64,000 nt of DNA from Clostridia bacterium (GCA_045643205.1 JAZUKI010000003.1:1-64000); one strand, 5' to 3'; counted from the first letter of the stretch, positions 1 to 11,230 are shown. Notes: generated by a model from the letters alone, not told the origin. Numbers and translations are program-made.

Positions 1-81
1 TGCAAGTGAAACAACAAGTGTGATAACTGCTGTGATAATCATTACGTTTTCTCTTTTAAAATTGATCTTTTGATTTAACAT
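1..81 (-). CDS. 5' end of an exported/membrane protein (partial, runs off the window)
   Basis: ATG at 81 preceded by GAGG; translates MLNQKINFKRENVMIITAVITLVVSLA, basic residues then a hydrophobic stretch (signal-peptide-like). Confidence 0.65.
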   Translation of the reverse strand, partial: MLNQKINFKRENVMIITAVITLVVSLA

Positions 82-357
82 TTTCTTTTCCTCTTTTAAT
101 TGATTTAGGTTTTGCAAAACCTATAAAACTTTTTTGTATTAGTTATCGCTAATACGCGTATATAATAAATAATATATATAATATTTTTTAGTTTTTTATT
201 GTTACATTTTAATATTGAAGTGTTTATTTTCTTTTAAATTATGACACGAATCTTTTTATTTCGTAGAATTACACGCCGTTATATTTTTTCAATAGTTATT
301 TCTATTTTGCACTTCTATTTTGTTTGCATTTTTAATTTTTTATAATTTTTCACACAT

Positions 358-416
358 AAAAAAAGAGAGGCTTTCTAAAATGAACATCTCTGCTCATTTC
401 TTTTTCCTCTCTTTTT
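358..416 (-). terminator. probable intrinsic terminator after the 1980-aa gene
   Basis: AAAAAGAGAGG...CCTCTCTTTTT inverted repeat with an internal AAATGA/TCATTT pair and a U-tract on the - strand. Confidence 0.55.
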
Positions 417-517
417 CTATAATGAAGTTCATCAATCTAATTAATAATTTTTATCTTATTGTCCTAATTGTTTTTTGCAATAATTTTACTTTTTAAATTG
501 TGTTTTACTTTATAATT

Positions 518-3500
518 TTAAATTATTGTTTTATTATTGAATGTCTTCTTAATTCCAAATGCTCCTGCTGCAATGATTCCTACTGCGATTAATGATATTA
601 ATATGATTAATGTGTAGTTTCTGTTTTCACCAGTTGGTGGCATTATTACTATTTTTTGTGCTGCATCAGCATCAATTTCTTTTACTTGTACTCTATCTGT
701 TTGGTCAAGATCATCTGTTGCTTCTGATGTATTCTTAGCCATCTTTTCATTTCCAACGACTGAGTAATTCATTCTTCTACCTTGTTCATTTGATGTTTCA
801 ATAATTTCTGTCATGTTGTTATATACTGAATTTGCTTTATTGTTTACACTTAATTGTGTAGATAGTCTTAATAATGTAGCTTTTGTGTTGTTTCCTTTAT
901 TAACTACTGTTGGTAATAAATCACCTTCAAGATCTTTTGTTGTTAATAAAGTATTATATGAAGCAATTCTTGTATAGTATTCTCTGTTTACTAAATCGTT
1001 TTCAATGTTTCCGCCATTATTAGAATTTGTTAAATCTTGTGATGTAACAACGTTCCAATTTGAGTCTTCTGATTGATTTGATGCTATGTAAGATATTTCG
1101 TTTGAAACATAGTCAACAATTTGTTTTGCATTTGTTTTTGCAATATTTTCTGTTGAGCTATTGTTTGTTTTACCTGTATAGTAGAATGCTAAATCTTTAT
1201 AATCAATTTCACCAATATTTTCTACAGTTATTCTATAGTCTGCTACTAGTGTTGATCCTTCTAAGATTTCATCATCAATTTGTGTTTGAATTATTTCAGG
1301 TGTTTTTCCTGGTGCATCATAACCGAATTGATATCCTGTTAATAATCTTCCGCTTCCTACATCTTTATAAACTCCAATATGTGGATTGTGTTTATTGAAT
1401 GTTAATCCGCTTACACCTTGATTTGTATTGAATAATACTTGACCGTCTGATAATTGAATTTTTATATTTGCTATTTCTTTATTGATTTTTAATTGTGCAA
1501 CTGGTCTTTGTTCTAGTCCTAAATCTATATCATCTAATGTGTAATGTTTTTGATTAATATTTGTTGGATCTACAACTGTTCTTGTTGTGTTCTTTTCAAC
1601 TTCTGTATTGATAATACCAGTTTGAGCAACTCCATATGTGTTAGTTTCTAATTCATCTATCATTCTTCTTTGTAATTCATCTGGTTGATATGTTGCTAAT
1701 TTATAGAATGATGCTAAAACTTCTGCTCTATTGTTTACTAATGTTTTTCCGTTATATCCTTTTGAGTAGTTGTTTGATTTTGTTCTATAGAATGCAACAT
1801 CCTTTGCATCAGAAACTCCTCTTTGTTCTTCGCTTCTAGCAATATCATAGTAGTACATTGATGGTTTGTTTGTTGAATTATTTAATGTTCCATCTTCTAA
1901 TGTGAAGTTTCTTGTATTGTATGCATCTGATGTAAATCCATAAATTGATTTATAAGAAATGCCATTTTGATCAACACCTGTTTGATATGTTGTTGATTTA
2001 TAATCTTGGCCGTTGTATGAAATATCGTTCATACCACTTATTTTACTTGTTCCTAATACTTTGTTTACATCATTTTCTGTTTTTACTAATACTGTTCTAT
2101 CTGTATCACCATAAATAAATCTTATATAGAAATCACCTGCTGGTACAGATTCAAATCCATAGTAACCTTTTGCATTATCGTAGTTTAATAATTGTTCTAC
2201 ATATAATATATTGTTTTGACTTGATGTACCGTTTTGTAAAATAATCTTTGAACATCCAATTCCTGAATAGTAAGATTTATCTTGTGGATTTGTTTGTGAT
2301 TGTGAAACATTAATTTTTTCACTTGCTCCTGCAAAATCGTAAACTACTGTTCCCCAAACTTTTTCACCAATATATCTTCCTGTTGATGTTCCATATTTAT
2401 CAACTTCTTGAACTGCTTCAACTAATTCAACTGTTACACCATCGATTTTTGTTTCATTGTTATCTTTACCATCTCCAACAACAGCTCTATCACTTTCTTT
2501 GTTTCTTGAATCTTCATAAACATATCCTGATAATGTTCTGTTGTCTTCTTTTCTTGTATCGATAATTATTTTGATGTTTGGTGCTTGGCTAGCATCTTTT
2601 TGTGTTCTATCATTTATTGGATCAATCTTGTCTCCACCAGCTTGTCTTATCATTCCGTTTGAATCTAAATCATATTGTGATAAGTTTCCTGGATTTGAGA
2701 TTGAATCTACTTTACCAGCTTTTGTTGATAAAGGTTCTGTTATTTCAGTGTGTGTTCCTGTTCCATCTGCATTTAAGTTTTCTGGAATTTTTGTTCCTAC
2801 TGAATAATATGTTTCATATTGATTAATTTCAGCAATGTTACGTTTTCCAATTGTTTCAATACCATTCTTTAATGATTGGTCTAACCAAACTTTTTGTGTT
2901 TCAGGATTGTTGTTAACTTTGAATGTAACAAATAAGTTTACGAATTGTCCTGGTTGTAAGTAATCTACAAATGTTCCATTGTTCTTAACTTTAATTCCTG
3001 ATAAGTATAGTTCAGAATAGTCATTGCTAATCTTTGTATTTCTTCCTGTTATTGATGTTGTTTTAATATTAATATCGTGTTGATTTTTTACGTTACCGTT
3101 AAAGTCTACTGATGATGCTGCATATGTGTTATGATGTGAACCAACTTTGTTTCCGTTTGCATCATATTCATCATATTCAACTGGTGTGTATGTATCTCCT
3201 GATAATACTCCGTCGAATGTGTACATCTTTGAATCATAATGATCAACTACTTCATCAATTTTTACATTGTATGCACCACTGTTTTGTAATTTGATTTTAT
3301 ATGTTACATATACTTGTAAATCTTTTGCTGATGAGTTGTTTCCATATGCATCATTTTCATTATATAAGTATTCAGATTTTCTAACTTCTCTAGTATATGC
3401 AAAATCATTTTGATATGTTTTTCCATCTAGAGCATAATCTGATGTTCTTATTGAAACATTGAATGAGTCTTCATCACCCATAACTATTAATTTTCCGTCA

Positions 3501-6460
3501 TCACCTGGTGTTTTATCTACATAGTATGTTCTTCCATCTTTAGCTACCATATATGTGTTATTCATTTCATTTACTGAATAACCTACTAAATATTGTGCTA
3601 ATGCTGAAACATTGTTTGCGCCATTGTAATTATTTAATAATGCTTGTAATTCAATTGCTCCATTGTCTCTCTTTTGATAGAAGTAATCTTGTGATTTACC
3701 GTTTACTTTAACTGTTACTTTGAATATATCTTTGATTAATGAAATTGAATTTTCATCTCTTTCATATAATCCAAAGTCTGTATTTCTAGCTTGGTCACAT
3801 GTTTTGTTATATAAGTATGTATAATTAATTCCACCAAAGTTAAATACTTTTGGTTGATCTGTTTGATATTCTGCACTGTCTTTATTTATATTCTTTATTA
3901 TAAATTGATCATAGAATGGTAATACTGTTTTATCAACATATGTGTATGCAATGTTTTGAATGTCTTGAATGTATGTTACAACATTTCTTGCTTCTGTTTC
4001 ATTTACACCTTTGCTTAACATCCATCCTAAAATTTGTGCATATGCACTATCATAATTTTTTGTTCGGTTCCAAACTATTTTATTGTCATCATTCTTTGGT
4101 TCTCCTCTTGTTGAACCGTCATCATATTTAGCATACTCTAAGAATTGATTCCATACATCTATAAATGTTAATGCACCTTTGTATGGATTTGTTTCATTTT
4201 TTCCTTCGCTGTATGCAATATATTCATGATTTGAATTTTCTAATCTTTGATATTTTGCATAAGCAATTCCTGAATGATTATCTTTTCTATAGTTTTCATT
4301 ATATGAACTAATAATGTCTAATATATCATTGAATGATGCTCTATCAATATCTTTTGCATTTGAGAAACCACCTGATAGGTCTTTCTTATAATATGTATAT
4401 TGATACATTTCACCATTATAGAAGAATCTTACAAAGTAATCTTTCATTGCATTTACTACTGGTTTACCATCACCTGTTATACCGTAGAATCTATATCTTC
4501 CATCTGCATCTGTTGTTGTTTCTGCTTTAAGTTTTGCATTTGCTCCGTTGCCTTCTAATTCAAATAATTGAACTAATATGCCTTTGAATGGTGATTCGCC
4601 GTTATCAAATCTTCCATTGAATCTCATTCCGTTTGTATCTGCACCTTTGATTACATTGTTTTCTATCCATACTAAACCGCCGATTTGCATGTTTACTCTT
4701 GCACCTGCTAATTTAATATTGATGAAATCTGTATGATAGAAATCATGTTCACTTGGAATAATTTCTACTATTGGTTGTATCCATTCAACTTCTTTTTCTT
4801 CAAATTTTACGTCTGTTGTTACTGAGTCTTTTTGTTCACGTTTTTCATTTACTATATGCCATGGTGTTTCTGTATGGTTCCATGATTCTTCGTATGTATA
4901 GTATGAAATGTATGTATATGTTGAACCATCTTCTCTAGTTCCTGTCGCATAGTGTGGTGTACCTTGTACCCATCTTTGAATTTGTACATCTTTTATTTCT
5001 TGTTCAGAATAGAAACCTTTAATTTCTGCATCTTTTTGACGTTGTACCATTTCCCTTGTAATTGTTTGTGTACCATATTTGTCGCTGTTAACTGTTCCAA
5101 TCATGTCTTCAGTTAATCTAAAGTTTGCAGTCCATTTAAATTTCATTACTAATGTACAACTTGCATCTATTTTTATCCATTCATCATATCCTACTGATGG
5201 AACACCATCTCCTACAATGTTTTTCATATCAACGATTGCACAGTGATAATGTCCAACTGCTGAATAATCATCTTCAATTGTTGCTTCAAGATCTAATTCT
5301 AAGTTTTCTTCTGATTCATGATGAATATGAATTTGTGGAACTTCAATTTTTAAATTTTTAATTACTAAAGCTTTTACAGCCCATACTTTAATTTCTCCGT
5401 TAAATGCATCTATGAAGTTAACTTTAATATTTGGATTTCCTATTTCATAAATTCCATCATTGTTTGGTTCATCATAGAATTTGATGTAGAATTCTTCACC
5501 TGTTCTGAAATCAGGGAATGCAATTTCTTCACCATTTGCATTTAAGTATTTTACGTTTTTGCCGTTTATTCCTTCAACTCCATCTGACCATGCAAATCTA
5601 GCTTTGTCGCCAATTTTTGTTGGGTTTGTTAATTCATCATATAATGTATTTTTTGCATTTGCAATTTTTTCGTCAGTTGGTAATAGTTCTGGATCATCCT
5701 TTGCCCAATCAGCAACTTCAATCATATCTGTAGTAATGTTTAATGAAATTTTGTAAGGTCCAACTGTATAACTTTGATCTGCTTGATTTACTAAAACATC
5801 TAATGAATCTTGATCATCTACAGCTGGTGTAACTGTGAAGTTTGTTTTCTTTTCTTGTAATGGCTTAGTTACGTAATAATAAACATTACCAAAATCAGTT
5901 GCTCTGTCTTCTATCTTATCATATTTAGCGATTCCAGATTTTTTTGCCTTGCCATAAGATGTTGAATTGTATTGTACATGTTTACCATATACATTTGATT
6001 CATTTCCCCATCTTTGTGATGCCCATAATACGTGTTGGAATGCTAATCTTGTTTGTTTAACTCCTGCATTATTACTTCTTGGATCAATTGGATATCCATC
6101 TGCTTCATTTGCAATTGAGTGTGATGAAACATAGTACATTGCATAACCAACTGATGGTTCAATTTCTCCTTTATGTTGTTCTTTTAATTCGAATTCAGAA
6201 TATTTAAATCCTGCATGTTCAGAATCTTCATCTTCGTCCTCTGGAACTCCTGATACATAGTCGTAATAATTTGTTGGTGTTGATAATTGATAACAGAACC
6301 AACCCCATAATGTATCAGTTGGGAAAGGTGTGTAATTATAAGGCATTCCGCCAGTTCTCAATTCCATGGCACAAACAGCAGAGGTTAATGAACATAGAAT
6401 AATTATTGATACTATTGGAGATACTATTTTCTTTAGTAATGAATTTTTCTTATAACTCAT
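518..6460 (-). CDS. giant wall-anchored surface adhesin, A-type (putative N-terminal thioester domain, SdrD-B-like and DUF11-like repeats)
   Basis: 1980 aa. Signal peptide; WFC56, FQHVLW, VGPY and WIQ562PIV motifs; SdrD-B-like starts (IGGLVWIE, LSGYVYED) with TTTDADGRYRF; C-terminal MPPTG, hydrophobic helix and KK tail. Paralog of 11357..19093. Confidence 0.8.
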   Translation of the reverse strand: MSYKKNSLLKKIVSPIVSIIILCSLTSAVCAMELRTGGMPYNYTPFPTDTLWGWFCYQLSTPTNYYDYVSGVPEDEDEDSEHAGFKYSEFELKEQHKGEIEPSVGYAMYYVSSHSIANEADGYPIDPRSNNAGVKQTRLAFQHVLWASQRWGNESNVYGKHVQYNSTSYGKAKKSGIAKYDKIEDRATDFGNVYYYVTKPLQEKKTNFTVTPAVDDQDSLDVLVNQADQSYTVGPYKISLNITTDMIEVADWAKDDPELLPTDEKIANAKNTLYDELTNPTKIGDKARFAWSDGVEGINGKNVKYLNANGEEIAFPDFRTGEEFYIKFYDEPNNDGIYEIGNPNIKVNFIDAFNGEIKVWAVKALVIKNLKIEVPQIHIHHESEENLELDLEATIEDDYSAVGHYHCAIVDMKNIVGDGVPSVGYDEWIKIDASCTLVMKFKWTANFRLTEDMIGTVNSDKYGTQTITREMVQRQKDAEIKGFYSEQEIKDVQIQRWVQGTPHYATGTREDGSTYTYISYYTYEESWNHTETPWHIVNEKREQKDSVTTDVKFEEKEVEWIQPIVEIIPSEHDFYHTDFINIKLAGARVNMQIGGLVWIENNVIKGADTNGMRFNGRFDNGESPFKGILVQLFELEGNGANAKLKAETTTDADGRYRFYGITGDGKPVVNAMKDYFVRFFYNGEMYQYTYYKKDLSGGFSNAKDIDRASFNDILDIISSYNENYRKDNHSGIAYAKYQRLENSNHEYIAYSEGKNETNPYKGALTFIDVWNQFLEYAKYDDGSTRGEPKNDDNKIVWNRTKNYDSAYAQILGWMLSKGVNETEARNVVTYIQDIQNIAYTYVDKTVLPFYDQFIIKNINKDSAEYQTDQPKVFNFGGINYTYLYNKTCDQARNTDFGLYERDENSISLIKDIFKVTVKVNGKSQDYFYQKRDNGAIELQALLNNYNGANNVSALAQYLVGYSVNEMNNTYMVAKDGRTYYVDKTPGDDGKLIVMGDEDSFNVSIRTSDYALDGKTYQNDFAYTREVRKSEYLYNENDAYGNNSSAKDLQVYVTYKIKLQNSGAYNVKIDEVVDHYDSKMYTFDGVLSGDTYTPVEYDEYDANGNKVGSHHNTYAASSVDFNGNVKNQHDINIKTTSITGRNTKISNDYSELYLSGIKVKNNGTFVDYLQPGQFVNLFVTFKVNNNPETQKVWLDQSLKNGIETIGKRNIAEINQYETYYSVGTKIPENLNADGTGTHTEITEPLSTKAGKVDSISNPGNLSQYDLDSNGMIRQAGGDKIDPINDRTQKDASQAPNIKIIIDTRKEDNRTLSGYVYEDSRNKESDRAVVGDGKDNNETKIDGVTVELVEAVQEVDKYGTSTGRYIGEKVWGTVVYDFAGASEKINVSQSQTNPQDKSYYSGIGCSKIILQNGTSSQNNILYVEQLLNYDNAKGYYGFESVPAGDFYIRFIYGDTDRTVLVKTENDVNKVLGTSKISGMNDISYNGQDYKSTTYQTGVDQNGISYKSIYGFTSDAYNTRNFTLEDGTLNNSTNKPSMYYYDIARSEEQRGVSDAKDVAFYRTKSNNYSKGYNGKTLVNNRAEVLASFYKLATYQPDELQRRMIDELETNTYGVAQTGIINTEVEKNTTRTVVDPTNINQKHYTLDDIDLGLEQRPVAQLKINKEIANIKIQLSDGQVLFNTNQGVSGLTFNKHNPHIGVYKDVGSGRLLTGYQFGYDAPGKTPEIIQTQIDDEILEGSTLVADYRITVENIGEIDYKDLAFYYTGKTNNSSTENIAKTNAKQIVDYVSNEISYIASNQSEDSNWNVVTSQDLTNSNNGGNIENDLVNREYYTRIASYNTLLTTKDLEGDLLPTVVNKGNNTKATLLRLSTQLSVNNKANSVYNNMTEIIETSNEQGRRMNYSVVGNEKMAKNTSEATDDLDQTDRVQVKEIDADAAQKIVIMPPTGENRNYTLIILISLIAVGIIAAGAFGIKKTFNNKTII

Positions 6461-6475
6461 TTTTTTCTCCCTTCA

Positions 6476-9400
6476 TTATAGAATATTAGTATAAGATTTG
6501 TTTATTACATTTTTCTTAGTTTCGAATACAGCTATTGCCGCAAGTGCAAGAATTGCTAATGTAATTCCGGTAACTGCTAATGCAGTTCTACCAGTAGCTA
6601 TTGCTAAAACAATTGCACCTGAAGATATGTCATTTTCGCCATCCATTTTATTGCTTGCTTTTGAGTTGATATCTTCTATTCCAAGTTCATTATATGAACT
6701 TGCAATTTCTGCGGTATTTCTAACTATTCCGGTGTTTTCATTAGTCATTTGTCTAGTTAATACTAGCTTTAACTCTTTTGTTTCTCCTGGATTGATAATT
6801 GTATTCGCAAGACTTGTTGTATAAACATTTCCATTTGATAAGTACCAATCTTTATTATCTTCTCCACTGAATCCCATTCCTTTAGGAATATAATCAACTA
6901 TTGATTTTGCATATCCTGGAATGTGACCTTGGTTTGTAACTAAAATTTTGTATTCAATAATAACTGTAATATCTTCAATATTACTGTTAGGTAATTCTAC
7001 TTTTGCTAGTTCTACATTGTCATAATCATAAATTGTAGGTTCTTTATTTCCTATTTTTACGATTGTAACTTTAGAAATTCTTTTATCTAATCTTAGATCG
7101 AATGTATTTCTTAATGATAGTCCTAAATCTACATTGTAAACATTTACATCTTTTAAATTTATTGTGTCGCATCCTGCAACTTCTTCTCCATTAAGTTTTG
7201 CTTGAACGAAGTCGTTGTTGTCAGAGTCTTCTACCTTTTCTAATCTGTATGGACCTGGTGCATATTCTTCAATGTTGTATTTAACAATTACGTTATATTC
7301 ACCTTTATTTAAATTTGTGAATGTATATTTTCCATCTTCGCCTGTTGTTAATCTAACTTCATTTCCTTTACTGTCTTTTGCAATGTTTTGTGTGTTAGCA
7401 TCAAACAACATAACTTCTAGATTTCCAATTGCTTTTTCAAATATATCTTGTTTTCCATTATTGTTTTCATCAAACCATACACGACCTGAGATTTTAAATG
7501 TTCCATCTGTAATTGGAGCATCTGGTCTATCTGGATTTTCAGGAGCTACTGTTGTTCCTGTTCCTGTAATTTTTAAAGTAATTGTATTAATATCAATTTC
7601 TTCATCTCCAATTGTTAAAATTGGTTTATGTTCTACAGAATGTGTAAATCCAGCTTGTTGACTATAAACTGCACATTTAATTGTGATTCTTGCTGTTCCT
7701 TTTGCATTTAGAACAAATTCATCATTGATGTATGATTTGTTTTTAGATGAAACTTCAACATTTCCTGTGATTGAAAAATCTCTTAAGTAAACAATATCTT
7801 TAAAATCATCTTTTATTTTTATAACTACATCTTCATCTTTGTCGTTTTTAATATCAACATAGAATTCAATTGAGTCTGTATCTAAAACATTATTTTCATC
7901 AACATTTACTGATTGATTTGCTGTAATGTATTTCTTTGCTATGTTACCATTAACTGTATTATCTGGAGTTCTAATTTCTCCTTTTGATTGATCACTTGTT
8001 GCAGTTGCGTATGCTGTTAATGTTGGATAATCTTCAATTACTGATGCGTAAATAATTATTCTTTTTGGATTTTTTCTAACGCTATCAAATTTTACTGAAA
8101 TAGTATTTGATGCTTTATCATAATCATATTCATTTGAATTGTATTCTGTTCCTTTTGGTAAATGTACTTTTACATTTACATTTGTTTGTTCTCTACTGTT
8201 AGGGCTCTTTACTTCAATTGAATATGTAACTACGCTTCCTTTTGGGTGTGTGCTATTTGGAGCAACTTGATTTTTTAATTGTAAAATTAATGAACCAAGA
8301 ATTCTTTTAACTGTAAATTCGTTTGTTGCATTTGCTTCCATTTCATCTGCTGAAACTGTGGCTTTTAATTTCACTTCATCTGTATCTTTATCTTTTGGTA
8401 ATTCTTTTAATTCTGCTTTGATTTCAACAGTTTCCACTGAGTTAGCACCAATCTTAGAATATGTTGCTGTTGTTTTACCATTTAATAATGATAAACCTTC
8501 TGGCAATTCAATATTTAATTTTGCATTTTTCATAACAATGTTTTTTGTGTTTTTAATATTGATTTTGTATGTTATTTTTTTGCCTTCTTCGTTTTCACTG
8601 TTTTGATTTATTTCTTTTCCAGTTTCATCAAATGCTTTGATTTCTACTTCTAGTGCAGGTTTGTCTTCTGTTCTTGCACCTACGATTTTTGATTCTACTA
8701 GGTCTTGTTTAATTCCTTCTGTTGAATCATTATCAAAGTAAACTCCATAAATTGCATTTAATGATTGTTCAAATTCTATCTTTTCTGGAACATCAACTTC
8801 ATAGTTGAATTCAATTTTTGCTTTGTCTTCTACATTTTTGTTAGAAACAATTTTATATGATTTTGTGTTTTCTGTGATTTCTGTTTTCCAACCTTCGCCA
8901 TTAACTTTTTCTTCAGCATTATCACTGTAATAAATTGTTGCATCTTCAAGTCCATTTACTGAAATTGCTTTTGCTAATTTTGTATCTATTGTTGTTGCTA
9001 AATCTTTTCCTGTTAATGTTTTATTTCCTTTGAAAGGAATTCTACCAACAATAGTAAATCCTGTTGCTTCTTTTCCAAGGTTGCTTACTATTGATCCGCT
9101 AAAATATAATTTTTTAGATTCTGTATTTGCATGTATTCTAAAGTCTGTTGCGTCATTTGCCATTGCTGTTGTTTTGTTTGTTCCATCTGAAATTGTATTT
9201 GATAATACAAATGCTGAAGGAGCAACTATTTTTACAACTTGTTCAAATGCATTTGTTTCACCTGTTGCAGAGTTTGTATATAGCATTTTAACTTTTTCAT
9301 TACTTGATGTTGCCATGTTTTCTAAGCCTATATTTGTTTCAACTCTAACTAATAATCCATCTGTTGTTGCTGATTTGCTATAGTCTGTTTGTTGTCCTTT

Positions 9401-11158
9401 TAAGTCAACATTGATTGTGTCTCCAACAACTGAAGTTTTTCCTGTGATTATTTCATCTTCATATAAGATTTCTGCTTTCTTAATTTCGATGTTATTTACT
9501 TTGCTTGGTAATTCAATTGAAATTTTAGGATCTGTATAAAGTGCATCTGTGATGTCTTTTGTTTTTAATACAACGTTGAATACTACATCTTCATTTTTAG
9601 CAATTGTTGATAATGTATTTTGGCTCATATCTAAAAATGCTTTTGATGATGGTTCTGTTAATTTTATTTTTGTGATCATGCTTCCTTCTGAAACAATGTT
9701 TTCATCTTTGTATCCTTTGAAATCAATTTTTGAATTTATAGTTTTTAAACTTTTTATTTGTTGTCTGTTTAAGTTTGTTTTTTTAATTTCTTTTTCAACT
9801 TTAATTTCAATATTTCCTGGATTAACTGGTTGTGTTGTTTCAAAGCTTAATCTTGTTTCATTAGTTTCAACTTCTGTATTGTTAATTGTTAATGTTGCTA
9901 TTTCTGTTCCGTCTGATTTTTTAACAATTATCTTTCCTTCATCACCTAATGTGTTTTTTATACTATCTGAATCGATTTTGATTTTTTTGTTTTTAATTGC
10001 TACGTTGTTTAAAATCTCTTCATTTTCTGTTACTAATTCATTGGTTGTTTCTGTTAAAACAATTTTATTTGTTAAATCTTGTAGTCCTATATTTATTTTA
10101 TATGAAACTTCAAAAGGTGTTACAAATTCTTTTTTGCTATTAATGTTTGTGTACATGTAACCTTTGTTTATTTCACTTGGTGTTGTTGCTGATATTTCAA
10201 GAATATGTCCTACTTCTGAATCAATTTTAAATTCTTCTGATTTGCTTGCTGTGATTTCTTCGTTTCTTATTGTTTTGATTTTGTTTGAAGCTTGAACATT
10301 TAATGTTTTATCATCTGTTTGTGTTTCGTATACAAAGTTTGCTACGAAGTCTTCGTTTGAATTCCATTCAAGTGAATTATTATCATTTGTTTTATTTATA
10401 ATAAGTTTTTCATTTTCGTTTTTGTATGTAATGTTTTTACCTGTTGCTGAAACAACTGTTGGTAATTGTCCGTTTATTTTTGGAATATCAATTGTGATTT
10501 CTTTTGAGGCAGCTGGTAAAACATTGTTTGCAATACCATTGTTTACTTTGATACTAACTATTGTTCTGTTGTTTTCGTATTTTAAATATCTAAGAAGTTC
10601 TAATTTAAGATCTGCTTCTGATTTTGTATTCCATTTAATTTGTTCTTTTAATTCTTTTTTAATTTCTTTTTCGTTGCCGTCTTTATTTACATATGTTGCT
10701 GTTAAAACAATAGAAGAAATTTTATCAAAATTTTCGTATTTGGTAATATCTTCTTTTATTGCTTTAATTTTAACTGAGGCTTTTGTTTCGTTGCCTGCAT
10801 CAACATTGTTAAAATTAATTGTGTTTCCCCTTATTGAATTAATTGCTGTTTGTTTTTCTTCAAGTTCATTTAATAATTCATAGTTAGCATCTTTTGCTTC
10901 TACAACTATGTTTTTTAAATAACCTGTTTTTTCAACTTTAATGTCAAAATCAATTGTTGGATTTTGAGTTAAATCAGCGTCCATTTCATATGAGTCTGTG
11001 CCATTTAAAGTTGCATTAAACTTAACATTTTCTTCGTTTGTTGCCATGTTTTGTTTTATTCCTTCTGCAGCTATAGATACTGCTGGCATTAATTCAATAC
11101 CTAAAAAAGAAATAATAGCTAAAATAGCAATAATCTTGTTTTTTAATTTAGAATACAT
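6476..11158 (-). CDS. giant surface protein, B-type (Ig-like/DUF11-like repeats, SdrD-B-like domain, C-terminal anchor)
   Basis: 1560 aa. Signal peptide; ISGRVWFDENNNGKQD...TTGEDGKYTFTNL; DLRLDK...YKILVTNQG...NTAEI; ends AIATG, TM helix and basic tail; AAGGAGG RBS. Paralog of 19338..24206. Confidence 0.8.
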   Translation of the reverse strand: MYSKLKNKIIAILAIISFLGIELMPAVSIAAEGIKQNMATNEENVKFNATLNGTDSYEMDADLTQNPTIDFDIKVEKTGYLKNIVVEAKDANYELLNELEEKQTAINSIRGNTINFNNVDAGNETKASVKIKAIKEDITKYENFDKISSIVLTATYVNKDGNEKEIKKELKEQIKWNTKSEADLKLELLRYLKYENNRTIVSIKVNNGIANNVLPAASKEITIDIPKINGQLPTVVSATGKNITYKNENEKLIINKTNDNNSLEWNSNEDFVANFVYETQTDDKTLNVQASNKIKTIRNEEITASKSEEFKIDSEVGHILEISATTPSEINKGYMYTNINSKKEFVTPFEVSYKINIGLQDLTNKIVLTETTNELVTENEEILNNVAIKNKKIKIDSDSIKNTLGDEGKIIVKKSDGTEIATLTINNTEVETNETRLSFETTQPVNPGNIEIKVEKEIKKTNLNRQQIKSLKTINSKIDFKGYKDENIVSEGSMITKIKLTEPSSKAFLDMSQNTLSTIAKNEDVVFNVVLKTKDITDALYTDPKISIELPSKVNNIEIKKAEILYEDEIITGKTSVVGDTINVDLKGQQTDYSKSATTDGLLVRVETNIGLENMATSSNEKVKMLYTNSATGETNAFEQVVKIVAPSAFVLSNTISDGTNKTTAMANDATDFRIHANTESKKLYFSGSIVSNLGKEATGFTIVGRIPFKGNKTLTGKDLATTIDTKLAKAISVNGLEDATIYYSDNAEEKVNGEGWKTEITENTKSYKIVSNKNVEDKAKIEFNYEVDVPEKIEFEQSLNAIYGVYFDNDSTEGIKQDLVESKIVGARTEDKPALEVEIKAFDETGKEINQNSENEEGKKITYKINIKNTKNIVMKNAKLNIELPEGLSLLNGKTTATYSKIGANSVETVEIKAELKELPKDKDTDEVKLKATVSADEMEANATNEFTVKRILGSLILQLKNQVAPNSTHPKGSVVTYSIEVKSPNSREQTNVNVKVHLPKGTEYNSNEYDYDKASNTISVKFDSVRKNPKRIIIYASVIEDYPTLTAYATATSDQSKGEIRTPDNTVNGNIAKKYITANQSVNVDENNVLDTDSIEFYVDIKNDKDEDVVIKIKDDFKDIVYLRDFSITGNVEVSSKNKSYINDEFVLNAKGTARITIKCAVYSQQAGFTHSVEHKPILTIGDEEIDINTITLKITGTGTTVAPENPDRPDAPITDGTFKISGRVWFDENNNGKQDIFEKAIGNLEVMLFDANTQNIAKDSKGNEVRLTTGEDGKYTFTNLNKGEYNVIVKYNIEEYAPGPYRLEKVEDSDNNDFVQAKLNGEEVAGCDTINLKDVNVYNVDLGLSLRNTFDLRLDKRISKVTIVKIGNKEPTIYDYDNVELAKVELPNSNIEDITVIIEYKILVTNQGHIPGYAKSIVDYIPKGMGFSGEDNKDWYLSNGNVYTTSLANTIINPGETKELKLVLTRQMTNENTGIVRNTAEIASSYNELGIEDINSKASNKMDGENDISSGAIVLAIATGRTALAVTGITLAILALAAIAVFETKKNVINKSYTNIL

Positions 11159-11201
11159 AAAATCTTGTCCTCCTTAGTAATAATCACAATATAACACTTC
11201 T

Positions 11202-11230
11202 ATTATACCAGCTTTTACCATTTTTTTCAA
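11202..11230 (-). promoter_or_regulatory. sigma-A promoter of the 1560-aa/1980-aa gene pair
   Basis: TTGAAA-17 bp-TATAAT with TGn extended -10. Confidence 0.7.

Noticed and set aside
1-81. Type IV prepilin
   Set aside because: It resembles a class III signal but lacks the Gly at the cleavage site (KRENVMII); too short to decide
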